A DNA stretch of 35,876 nt from Puniceicoccales bacterium (GCA_031282565.1 JAITDL010000044.1:1-35876); one strand, 5' to 3'; shown: positions 24,895 through 33,204, counted from the first letter of the stretch. The notes: generated by a model from the letters alone, not told the origin. Translations and numbers: made by a program.

Positions 24895-25329
24895 ATGAGC
24901 ACGAGCACATTGGCCAAGAAGGAGCAGCACGGCGCTGCCACGAAGAAGTGGTATCTCTTCGACGCGTCCGAGGAGATTTTGGGTCGCATGGCGGTGCGCG
25001 TGGCCAACATCCTGCGCGGGCGCCACAGGCCCACCTACACGCCCCACGTCGACAGCGGCGATTTTGTAGTCGTGGTCAATGCCGACAGGGTGCGCCTCAG
25101 CGGAAAGAAAGATAGCCGAAAGAAATATATGTTCTATACCGGCTACATGGGCAACGAAAAGTATCGCACGCCGGCGCAGATGCGCGTCCGTGACCCGCGT
25201 TTTGTCGTCGAGCACGCCGTTAGGGGGATGATGCCGAAAAATCGTCTGGCAGACGCCGCCATCAAGAAACTTAAGGTCTACGGTGGACCGGATCACCCAC
25301 ACGCGGCGCAGAACCCGGAAAAACTTTAG
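24895..25329 (+). CDS. rplM: 50S ribosomal protein L13
   Basis: 144 aa. WYLFDASEEILGRMAVRVANILRGRHRPTYTPHVDSGDFVVVVNADRVRLSGKK...YTGYMG...AVRGMMPKN is canonical L13. GGAAAG/AGG purine-rich stretch upstream of the ATG. Confidence 0.97.
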   Translation: MSTSTLAKKEQHGAATKKWYLFDASEEILGRMAVRVANILRGRHRPTYTPHVDSGDFVVVVNADRVRLSGKKDSRKKYMFYTGYMGNEKYRTPAQMRVRDPRFVVEHAVRGMMPKNRLADAAIKKLKVYGGPDHPHAAQNPEKL

Positions 25330-25341
25330 GAGATTGCAACG

Positions 25342-25752
25342 ATGTCACCGTCAACCACAGCAAAACCGGAAGAATTCATAGCCACCGGTCGCCGCAAGAC
25401 CGCCGTTGCGCGTGTGCGCATTGTCCGCGGGACTGGAAAGATAACGATCAATGGCAAGCCGGCCAGCGGCTACTGCCCGCAGGATGAATTTCTGCGCGTG
25501 GCATTTGCACCGGCAAAACTCGTCGAAATGGATGCCATGCTAGACATGCGCATACGGGTCGAGGGCGGTGGAATAGTTGGCCAGGCTGGTGCCATCGCCC
25601 ACGGCGTCGCCCGTGCCCTGGCTGCCATGCAGCCTGAATTGCGGCCGGACTTGAAGAAGAACAAAATGCTCACCCGCGATCCACGCATGAGGGAGCGGAA
25701 AAAATCTGGACAGCCGGGCGCCCGCAAGCGCTTCCAGTTCTCAAAGCGCTAG
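25342..25752 (+). CDS. rpsI: 30S ribosomal protein S9
   Basis: 136 aa. ATGRRKTAVARVRI..GTGKITINGK...GGGIVGQAGAIAHGVARAL...LTRDPRMRERKKSGQPGARKRFQFSKR is canonical S9. It starts 12 nt after rplM. Confidence 0.97.
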   Translation: MSPSTTAKPEEFIATGRRKTAVARVRIVRGTGKITINGKPASGYCPQDEFLRVAFAPAKLVEMDAMLDMRIRVEGGGIVGQAGAIAHGVARALAAMQPELRPDLKKNKMLTRDPRMRERKKSGQPGARKRFQFSKR

Positions 25753-25808
25753 ACCGTTCCAGATCTGCCTTGACTGCGGCCGGCGCACCGTCACAGTTGT
25801 GCCATTCC

Positions 25809-26102
25809 ATGGCGCTCACAGAGGAAAAACGGTTGGCCGTCACGCGCGAGCTGCTTCGCACGGTCCAGGGTTCGTCGCCGAGCATATCGCAGATTGAGGG
25901 CATTTTGTATAATTTTGACCTCCAGGTCGACGACGTCGAGAGTCGCATCTTTATCCTATCCCGCCTCGCGGAGCTTGTGCGGGAATTGTCGGTTAAACTG
26001 TTCCGCTCCACAGATCAGCGCTTTGACGTCATCGACATCGTCCAGGAAGTTCTCGACCACTACATCGAGGTTGAGGACATCATAACTGACGAAGTTTCCT
26101 AG
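25809..26102 (+). CDS. Small acidic orphan protein (97 aa from ATG 25809)
   Basis: The ORF opens at TTG 25770, and ATG 25809 (MALTEEKR...) is more likely. By my count there are about 20 Asp/Glu against 10 Lys/Arg. It is predicted helical and has no known motif. It lies directly downstream of rpsI and upstream of the repeat-flanked cassette. Confidence 0.45.
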   Translation: MALTEEKRLAVTRELLRTVQGSSPSISQIEGILYNFDLQVDDVESRIFILSRLAELVRELSVKLFRSTDQRFDVIDIVQEVLDHYIEVEDIITDEVS

Positions 26103-26123
26103 AGCTATGACCCATTGCCACGG

Positions 26124-26210
26124 CAGCAGATCGGCTTTTTGCTGAAGAGGCGCCGCGAAATGACATTTTGTCAGCGGCTCAGCACTGCACCGCGGCGCCT
26201 GGCCCCGCCG
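26124..26210 (+). repeat. 87-bp direct repeat, copy 1
   Basis: cagcagatcGgctttttgctgaagaggcgccgcgaaatgacattttgtcagcggctcagcactgcaccgcggcgcctggccccgccg. It is identical to 27016-27102 except for one base (G/T at repeat position 10). It contains a perfect 10-bp inverted repeat AGGCGCCGCG (26148-57) / CGCGGCGCCT (26191-200) around a 33-nt loop, which itself holds TGAC-ATTTT-GTCA. Confidence 0.95.
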
Positions 26211-26393
26211 CAACAACAAAAATTTTAGAATTTTTTTTAGACCCTCCACCAATTTTTTTGCGAACCGAGTGCCGCATGTTGGCCTATTTTTTCACTGTCT
26301 GAGTGACTGAGCTGGAGGGAAATAGGCAAAAATGCAAAAAAATTACAAATTTTTATTGCGCCTATTTTTTTACATTTCATCCCATGCGCTGCT

Positions 26394-26978
26394 ATGCTAT
26401 TTGACCCAGGAAGCCCTTCTGATGCCATATGGCTGGCTACGCGTGCTGGAAGTGGTAGCGACTCATTCGATGAGCGCGTTGTTTCGGTAGTCACGAAAAT
26501 TGGGGAGCTGAAAATTGTCTGTGGAAGAATTGTTGCACATGGGGGTGTGACCGCGGTCGGCGTCCCAGTCCCAGTCAGAAGGGATGTGCAAGCTTACGTT
26601 GCAGATCTTTTCCATCCAGGTGCCGGCCAACTGATTCTACAGACCACTGAAGGTGAAACAATTTTCTTTTCGGCATTTTGCAGCATTGGCGATCCTCTCA
26701 AACTTGCCACAGATAAGAAAAGAATTAGTCGATTCCATAAGGCATGCGTAAATGGGTTCTTCTATCTCATCCCTAGCCGTAGCGCAACGCGAAAAAGGAA
26801 AAGTGCATATGACAAATTTGTGGAACGCAAGCGCCTGGATGGATCGGCAACCATGAAGAGAGCGGGAGATGGGTCTGGCATGGAGGCCGTTGACGAGGAA
26901 GGAGCGCCTATTAAACGCGTGCGGACTGTATCAGCGAAAGCTCGTGAGATTATTGCTTCTTATTGGAGAGGCAACTAG
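26394..26978 (+). CDS. Orphan protein (194 aa) with C-terminal NLS-like basic clusters, bracketed by the 87-bp direct repeats
   Basis: ATG at 26394, preceded by a ~160-nt AT-rich stretch. The C-terminal third reads ...SATRKRKSAYDKFVERKRLDGSATMKRAGDGSGMEAVDEEGAPIKRVRTVSAKAREI... No recognisable family. Confidence 0.6.
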   Translation: MLFDPGSPSDAIWLATRAGSGSDSFDERVVSVVTKIGELKIVCGRIVAHGGVTAVGVPVPVRRDVQAYVADLFHPGAGQLILQTTEGETIFFSAFCSIGDPLKLATDKKRISRFHKACVNGFFYLIPSRSATRKRKSAYDKFVERKRLDGSATMKRAGDGSGMEAVDEEGAPIKRVRTVSAKAREIIASYWRGN

Positions 26979-27015
26979 CTAACGAAATGTACAACCTCCT
27001 TCGTGCCAGCGACTT

Positions 27016-27102
27016 CAGCAGATCTGCTTTTTGCTGAAGAGGCGCCGCGAAATGACATTTTGTCAGCGGCTCAGCACTGCACCGCGGCGCCTGGCCCCGC
27101 CG
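27016..27102 (+). repeat. 87-bp direct repeat, copy 2
   Basis: 86/87 identical to 26124-26210, offset 892 bp. In this copy the 5' end forms a perfect 12-bp palindrome AGCAGATCTGCT (27017-28) that runs into a T-tract. The 10-bp stem halves are at 27040-49 and 27083-92. Confidence 0.95.
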
Positions 27103-27186
27103 TAATTTTCGGCGGCGGCAGCAAAGAAGTGTTGCAAGGCGTCCAATGGCCCCTAGAGCATGGCGGACTGTGGCCAGGGACGGACG

Positions 27187-29988
27187 ATGGAGCTGAAAGA
27201 CACACTGAATCTTCCAAGAACTAATTTCCCACTTCGGGCGGATCTTGTTCGACGGGAGCCGCTTAGGCGTGCTCATTGGAAGAAGATTGATCTCTACGGC
27301 AAAATTGGGAGGGCGAGGAGCGGCTGCAAAAAGTTTTTTCTGCACGACGGACCGCCATTCACAAACGGCGATGTGCACATAGGCACAGCCTTCAATAAAA
27401 TCCTGAAGGACATCATCATCCGCCACAGGACACTGCTCGCCTACGACGCCCCCTACGTTCCAGGATGGGACTGCCACGGACTTCCCATCGAGCACAAAGT
27501 TTCCAAGTTAATGCACGGCAAGGGTGAAAGCTTTGACAGGCTGCAAATGCGCCGCGCCTGCGCAGAGTTCTCCAAAAACTACAGCGCCAAGCAGCGGGAA
27601 CAGTTCGAGCGGCTCGGCCTCCTCGGAGACTGGGACAGGCCCTACCGCACGATGGATCCGGCCTATGAGGCTGCAGTGTTGCAATTTTTCGCTTCCTGCG
27701 TGGACGGAGGCATCGTCTACCGCAGTAAAAAACCTGTCTATTGGTCGATTCCATGTGCTACGGCATTGGCGGAAGCCGAGATAGAATACAAAGATTGCGG
27801 CGCAACGGCCATCTGGGTGAAATTCCCTCTGGATGAGGAATCTAGGAAAAAACTGGCGATCTCCGGGCGCCCATCGGTGGTCATTTGGACCACAACGCCC
27901 TGGTCAATTCCTGCGAATTTGGCAATCGCAGTTAACGAAACCTTTAGCTACCAAGCACTTTCGTCGGGCGACGAAACCTTCATAGTCGCCGCGTCGCGGG
28001 CCGAGCAATTTGCTTCGGAATGCGGCTTGGAGCTTGGATCTGTCGGGACTTTTAGAGGATCAGAATTGGTTGGCCTATGTTGCCGCCATCCGTTCATAGA
28101 CCGACCCAGTCCAGTTCTCGGAGCGGACTTTGTAACATCCGATGCTGGAAGTGGTTGCGTTCACTGCGCTCCCGGACATGGCATGGAGGACTATCAACTT
28201 GGATTGCGTCACGGATTGGAGATTTACTGCCCCGTTGACGACGGCGGCTGCTACGTGGACGACGGCAGAATGCCGAGGGAATTAGTTGGACTGCAGTTGC
28301 TTGACGGAGATGGTCACTGCCCCGCCGGCGACGGCGTCATGGCGCTGCTTCGAAGTGGAGGGAATTTGCTCGGCGCGAAGCACATCGTCCATTCCTACCC
28401 GCACTGCTGGCGCTCGAAGACGCCGCTCTTCTACCGCGCCATGGACCAGTGGTTTTTCCGCCTCGAAGATGAGCTGCTGCGGGAGAAGGCGCTCCGCGAA
28501 GTCGATCGGGTACAATGGATTCCCGAATGGGGCAAAAATCGCATGCGGGGATTTTTGGAAAACCGGCCGGACTGGTGCATAAGTAGGCAGCGCTGCTGGG
28601 GGATTCCGCTGCCGGTGTTTTTCGACGGTGCGGGCCGCGCGCTCCTCAACGGAGATGTGATTCGCGCCGTGGCTGAAAAAGTCCGTAAATACGGTTCCGA
28701 CTGCTGGTTCGAGCATGATGCCAGGTGGCTCCTCGACGGTGTCCAACTTGCAAGTTCTTGGAGCGTCGACGATTTGCGTCCTGGCACTGACACCATTGAC
28801 GTCTGGATCGATTCGGGATGCAGTTCCTACGCAGTTCCGGCGAGCGCCGGTGCCGTGGAATTTCCCGCGGACTTATACGTTGAGGGGAGCGACCAGCACC
28901 GCGGATGGTTTCAGTCATCTCTTTGGTGTGGAATCGTTGGCCCAGCAGGCCGTGCGCCCTACCGCGCCGTCTTGACCCACGGATTCATCGTCGGCGAAGA
29001 CAGGAAAAAAATATCAAAGAGCTCCGACAAGCCACAATCGGCCGACGACTACGTGCTCCGCTACGGTGCTGATGTTGTGCGCCTGTGGGTTGCGTCGGAA
29101 GACTTTCGCGGAGACATAGCCATTTCCGACGGCATCATGGAGCACGTCTGCGGCGCCTACGGAACAATTCGCAATGCGCTCCGGTTTCTGTTGGGCAACC
29201 TCCACGACTTCAACGCGAAACGTGATGCGATTCCATTCGGTGAACTGCTTCCACTCGATTGCTGGGCACTTGCTAAGCTGGGCGAGCTAATTGCTGAGGT
29301 CTCATGTTCCTACGAAGCTTGCGAATTCCACAGGGCGCAGCGTGCATTGCTAAGTTTTTGCACTTCAACACTATCAGCCCAATACCACGACATTCTCAAG
29401 GACCGCCTCTACACATTTTCAGGGACGAGCCACGGGCGACGGTCAGCGCAAACGGCTCTGGAAGAAATTCTAATGGCGCTGCTTGCCATGTTGACGCCGA
29501 TTCTAACGTTCACAGCCGATGAAGCATACGCCCATAGACAGACGGGAGAAGATTTTGCGGAAAATCCGGCCCATCTAATCCAGTGGCCGGACGCTGGCCG
29601 CTTCGACTGCTGCAAAGAAATTGCAAATGAGGTGGATGAGCTGTTTGCGTTGCGGGCGCTGGTCTATAGGAAGCTCGAAGACGCTCGCCGGGATAAAATA
29701 ATTGGAAAATCACTGGAAGCTTCTGTCACTGTGACCGTTGGCGTTGATAGTCCATGGCGCGGTTCCGCTGCAAAGCACTGCGACCAGCTGGCTGAACTTT
29801 TCATCGTATCTTCCGTGGAGATTGTTGAATGCAAGGGCGATGGCGTTGACGTGGCCGTTGTCCGTTCCGCCGGAGAGCGCTGCGATCGCTGCTGGCGCCA
29901 TGTAAATGATTTGCTAAGTGAAAATTCTTGGCACGTTTGCCGCCGGTGTCAGAAAGTGTTACTTGAATTTGCGCGCCATGTCGGCTAG
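27187..29988 (+). CDS. ileS: Isoleucine--tRNA ligase (type 1, C-terminal zinc finger)
   Basis: MELKDTLNLPRTNFPLRADL... is the typical IleS N-terminus, so ATG 27187 is preferred over the ORF start at 27160. HIGH-type motif PPFTNGDVHIGTA, KMSKS-type KKISKSS, the CP1 editing domain, and C-terminal CDRCWRH...CRRC. Confidence 0.97.
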   Translation: MELKDTLNLPRTNFPLRADLVRREPLRRAHWKKIDLYGKIGRARSGCKKFFLHDGPPFTNGDVHIGTAFNKILKDIIIRHRTLLAYDAPYVPGWDCHGLPIEHKVSKLMHGKGESFDRLQMRRACAEFSKNYSAKQREQFERLGLLGDWDRPYRTMDPAYEAAVLQFFASCVDGGIVYRSKKPVYWSIPCATALAEAEIEYKDCGATAIWVKFPLDEESRKKLAISGRPSVVIWTTTPWSIPANLAIAVNETFSYQALSSGDETFIVAASRAEQFASECGLELGSVGTFRGSELVGLCCRHPFIDRPSPVLGADFVTSDAGSGCVHCAPGHGMEDYQLGLRHGLEIYCPVDDGGCYVDDGRMPRELVGLQLLDGDGHCPAGDGVMALLRSGGNLLGAKHIVHSYPHCWRSKTPLFYRAMDQWFFRLEDELLREKALREVDRVQWIPEWGKNRMRGFLENRPDWCISRQRCWGIPLPVFFDGAGRALLNGDVIRAVAEKVRKYGSDCWFEHDARWLLDGVQLASSWSVDDLRPGTDTIDVWIDSGCSSYAVPASAGAVEFPADLYVEGSDQHRGWFQSSLWCGIVGPAGRAPYRAVLTHGFIVGEDRKKISKSSDKPQSADDYVLRYGADVVRLWVASEDFRGDIAISDGIMEHVCGAYGTIRNALRFLLGNLHDFNAKRDAIPFGELLPLDCWALAKLGELIAEVSCSYEACEFHRAQRALLSFCTSTLSAQYHDILKDRLYTFSGTSHGRRSAQTALEEILMALLAMLTPILTFTADEAYAHRQTGEDFAENPAHLIQWPDAGRFDCCKEIANEVDELFALRALVYRKLEDARRDKIIGKSLEASVTVTVGVDSPWRGSAAKHCDQLAELFIVSSVEIVECKGDGVDVAVVRSAGERCDRCWRHVNDLLSENSWHVCRRCQKVLLEFARHVG

Positions 29989-30003
29989 GGTGTGGGGAAT
30001 AAC

Positions 30004-30774
30004 ATGGCAGCTCAGCAGGATATAGGTAGGCGTCAGTCTTCCGCCGAAATGTTCACATTGGATGACGTGCGCGAGGTTTTGCGCGAGAGGGAGCAGAAAG
30101 TGCAACTTCTTGCGGAACAGGGCGTTGTCGGCGATGAGGCCCGTGACAGGGTGAAGGTTGATAGTAAGCGACAGGGAAGGCCGAAGCAGCAGAAAAAAAT
30201 TGAGCCCAGTGGACCGCGGAAACGGTCGGCGGCGTCGATAGTTGATATTTTGGGATTTGATCCCGGTGGAAGTGCCAGTGAGTCAGTGCCATACGATCGC
30301 AGCGCAGTCCGGCCCGAATGGCTGGAAAACTACGACGTGCTAGTTTCCATGCGGGACGAGCTCCAGGCGCGCATAGCGGCACACAGGGCCGAGACGCTCT
30401 GCAGCGATGACGGCGATCAAAGTGAACGGCTGCGCATTCTTGGGCAGAATACGGCAGACGGCGCCGCAGACCACGCTGACCTGGAGCGTGCCCTAACTTT
30501 TGTGGAAAATGAGCGCGAATTGCTCGACGAAGTTGTCGGCGCATTGGGAAGAATTTTTTCCGGCACCTACGGTGTCTGTGCGCAGACCGGCAAACCAATT
30601 GATCGCAAACGCCTCGCAGCCATACCGTTCGCAAAATTTTCACTCGAAGGCCAGCGGGAAATTGAGGAGATGCGTAGGCGGTCAGCGCCGCAGCGCAGTG
30701 ATCAGGGTGCGCTGTTTGTGGCCGGCGACAGTGACGGCGATTCACTGATGGGCGGCGAGGATGGCGACGACTAG
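30004..30774 (+). CDS. DksA/TraR-family protein with a long N-terminal extension and no C4 zinc finger
   Basis: The C-terminal ~110 aa resemble DksA: a coiled coil plus ...ELLDEVVGALGRIFSGTYGVCAQTGKPIDRKRLAAIPFAKFSLEGQRE. Only one of the four usual Cys positions is kept. ATG 30004 is preferred to GTG 29992. Its end overlaps the lspA start by 14 nt. Confidence 0.65.
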   Translation: MAAQQDIGRRQSSAEMFTLDDVREVLREREQKVQLLAEQGVVGDEARDRVKVDSKRQGRPKQQKKIEPSGPRKRSAASIVDILGFDPGGSASESVPYDRSAVRPEWLENYDVLVSMRDELQARIAAHRAETLCSDDGDQSERLRILGQNTADGAADHADLERALTFVENERELLDEVVGALGRIFSGTYGVCAQTGKPIDRKRLAAIPFAKFSLEGQREIEEMRRRSAPQRSDQGALFVAGDSDGDSLMGGEDGDD

Positions 30775-31234
30775 CAATCGCCAACTGCTTAGGGTGTCGC
30801 TATTTGCAGTGGCAATTGCCTGCATTGACCAGATTGCCAAGGCTTTCGCGAGGGCCAATGCCGGTTGCCGCTTTGATTTGATCGATGGATTTCTCGCACT
30901 GAGCTACTTGGAAAACTCCGGTGCGGCCTTTGGAATTTTTCCCGGATGCCGCATTTTTTTTTGCACAGTTGCCTTTACGGCTCTCGCAGCTGGCGTACTA
31001 TGGCGACGGAGACTTCAGCTTGGTAAACCGTTGAATGCCATCTGTTTCGGACTTATCGGCGGCGGCATTATCGGCAATCTGGTTGATCGTCTGCGCTTTG
31101 GCTATGTCGTCGATTTCATTGCCATGGGCCTGCCGCCATTCGGTTGGAACACTTTCAACCTGGCCGACAGTGCGCTGTGCGGCGGCGTAGCCATTTACAT
31201 TTGCTGTGAACTGCTGCGCGGGAAGCCTAAATAG
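30761..31234 (+). CDS. lspA: Lipoprotein signal peptidase (signal peptidase II)
   Basis: 157 aa with four hydrophobic segments. Conserved LSYLENSGAAFG, GGIIGNLVDRLRFGYVVDFI and FNLADSAL motifs, including both catalytic Asp contexts. Confidence 0.92.
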   Translation: MATTSNRQLLRVSLFAVAIACIDQIAKAFARANAGCRFDLIDGFLALSYLENSGAAFGIFPGCRIFFCTVAFTALAAGVLWRRRLQLGKPLNAICFGLIGGGIIGNLVDRLRFGYVVDFIAMGLPPFGWNTFNLADSALCGGVAIYICCELLRGKPK

Positions 31235-33055
31235 TCAGCTCGACAGCTCGATGATATCAGGCGTGGTAATGTCCGGCCTGGCAACTGCTATGACGCAATT
31301 TCCCGGAAGAGGAAATATCACCTTACCGTATTTCAATGTCAGATATTCCGACAAAGCTGACATCGGGACTGCATCGAATTTATTGCCATTGCAACTACCG
31401 ACGACGGTGAGTTGAGCGCGCTCATCACTTCCAGACGCAATGGCGCACACAAATGCGAAGCGTTCAGACGGAGGCAGTAACTCAAATGCTTTGTCGAAAC
31501 GGAGAAAGGAAAAACATTCATCCTCGGATAACATGAGCTGGAGTCGAGAGATTTCGATGGCAGATTGTCGGACGGCAGAGGTTTGCGTGCGAATTAGTGT
31601 AACAGTGCCATTTGGATATGGTGAATCCACTATGACTCCGCAGCAGCTGTGGCCGTAGGCGGGCGTTTGCATTTCGTCGTTTGCCTCCATGGATATGCCC
31701 AGCATTACAAGTTCGCCACCTGCCAAATTGAACCTTCTACCGCAACGAAACAAGGCCGCGCATAGAAGCTGCGGAGTAGCATTTGCTAGAAATTCCGCAT
31801 CACATTGCGGAATTTCCGGTGAACCTGAAAATGCCATATCCCTTTTTCCAGTAAATTCATCGGCCATGGCACGGCCCATCATAAATTGTATAACAACCGG
31901 CGTTGTCATGAAAATGTAAACATTTGGCCGGGAAGAAGTTTCGCCGAATGATATAATGGCGGTTATGGTGCCAAAACGGCGAAGAAGTTCCAATTGCGGT
32001 TTGTGTTCAACGATGCATTCTTCGAATAGTATGCCGCCGTAGATGTTGTCCACGACAATCCTTCTTGCATTTGGAGTAAAAAGCATGACGCGGCGCATGA
32101 GATGCGCCCTTTGGACGGTTAGTTCGTTGCAGCCTGTGTGGTGGCAATCCGCGATAATTCTTTGCATTGGCACAAGACGGTCCACAACCTTTTGGTCTGC
32201 GCCTGCCATAAGCATTGAAATGGCGTCGATGGCAATTGCAATGAACACCCTTTTGTCGATTAAGAATAGGGATTTTTTTAGAAAAACTTTCCTCAGTGCA
32301 GCCAGCGGCGAGTGAATGCTCGCGAATTCGGCTGGAATTTCGATGGAATCTGCCATTGGGCCATTGTCTAGCGAGGCATAGTGCACGACCAATTGCTTCC
32401 CATCGCCGTCGCTTGCGAATTCAAGCACCAAATTCCAACGGTCCATGAGCTGCTCGAGAAGTCCATCGCCGCTGCGTGTCGCCATGCAGTGGAAAACACA
32501 TTCCATTGAATATTCATGGTCTAGATCACAAAGTCGATGATAGCCAATGGTTGACGTGTATCTTTCTCCGGAGAGTTTCCTTGCAAGTTCTCCGAGTCCG
32601 ATTTTTTCAAATGCCGGTAAAAGTTGGACGCGCAGTGTGATTTCACCGGCGTGGCGTAGGATCGTTGTCCTGAGTATGGCAATGGGAGGAGGTCCCAGCC
32701 GCATGTCCCCAATTGGGAAATTGAATGAGGCTGGCATGCGCTGTGGGTCTCCGCCTGGAAATTGCAGAACGAGTTCTCCGCGACCAATTAAAACGACAAT
32801 CATGTTTGCGTAGAGTTGCATGTTGTTGTGGCGCAAAAATATCAACCAAGACAGGACGCTGCAGTCATCGGCCGTATCCTGGATGATTTCGTAGGACAGC
32901 GCCGTGATCGCTGCGCTTCGGAACATTTCTGGCGTCCGAATGGCGCAGATATCAAAAATGCGACTAACTGTTGCTGTCCGTTGGTCTTCCGCTAATGGGG
33001 GATAGAGTTTAATTGCCCTGTCGACTATCGCTACGTATGCTAACGGTTTATCCAT
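31235..33055 (-). CDS. Orphan protein (606 aa)
   Basis: Long ORF with an ATG at 33055 and ordinary globular composition. I cannot place any signal peptide, TM segment or catalytic motif. Its stop codon (31235-37) directly abuts the lspA stop (31232-34). Confidence 0.7.
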   Translation of the reverse strand: MDKPLAYVAIVDRAIKLYPPLAEDQRTATVSRIFDICAIRTPEMFRSAAITALSYEIIQDTADDCSVLSWLIFLRHNNMQLYANMIVVLIGRGELVLQFPGGDPQRMPASFNFPIGDMRLGPPPIAILRTTILRHAGEITLRVQLLPAFEKIGLGELARKLSGERYTSTIGYHRLCDLDHEYSMECVFHCMATRSGDGLLEQLMDRWNLVLEFASDGDGKQLVVHYASLDNGPMADSIEIPAEFASIHSPLAALRKVFLKKSLFLIDKRVFIAIAIDAISMLMAGADQKVVDRLVPMQRIIADCHHTGCNELTVQRAHLMRRVMLFTPNARRIVVDNIYGGILFEECIVEHKPQLELLRRFGTITAIISFGETSSRPNVYIFMTTPVVIQFMMGRAMADEFTGKRDMAFSGSPEIPQCDAEFLANATPQLLCAALFRCGRRFNLAGGELVMLGISMEANDEMQTPAYGHSCCGVIVDSPYPNGTVTLIRTQTSAVRQSAIEISRLQLMLSEDECFSFLRFDKAFELLPPSERFAFVCAIASGSDERAQLTVVGSCNGNKFDAVPMSALSEYLTLKYGKVIFPLPGNCVIAVARPDITTPDIIELSS

Positions 33056-33204
33056 CTTGGCCTCGGCAGCATCTTAACTGGTTGCTGTCAATGGCAAAAT
33101 GTCTCGGCAAACGGTGCAATCGTTTTGCGGTAAATTGCGAAAGTGGATGCTTTTTTTAATTTTCGCTTGCGGAGAGCTTTGCCGCTTGCTAATCTGCAGT
33201 CACA

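Noticed and set aside
27017-27033. Palindrome AGCAGATCTGCT followed by a T-run inside repeat copy 2, as a rho-independent terminator of the 194-aa ORF
   Set aside because: The usable stem is only about 4 bp once a minimal loop is allowed. Copy 1 carries a mismatch (GATCGG). The strong 10-bp GC stem further in is not followed by a U-tract. There is not enough here to call a terminator.
26124-27102. The repeat-flanked cassette as an insertion sequence, MITE or integron cassette
   Set aside because: The repeats are direct rather than inverted terminal repeats. There is no transposase or integrase, no attC-like imperfect palindrome with the R'/R'' cores that I can recognise, and the enclosed ORF has no mobility motif. 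I kept it as an unexplained repeat-flanked cassette in the findings instead.
25956-27495. Minus-strand ORFs 25956-26252 and 26950-27495 that share the peptide RRGQAPRCSAEPLTKCHFAAPLQQKADLL
   Set aside because: The shared peptide is simply the reverse-frame translation of the 87-bp direct repeat. The ORFs otherwise run antisense to the acidic ORF and to the ileS 5' end and show no protein-like features. The repeat is better interpreted as a non-coding element.
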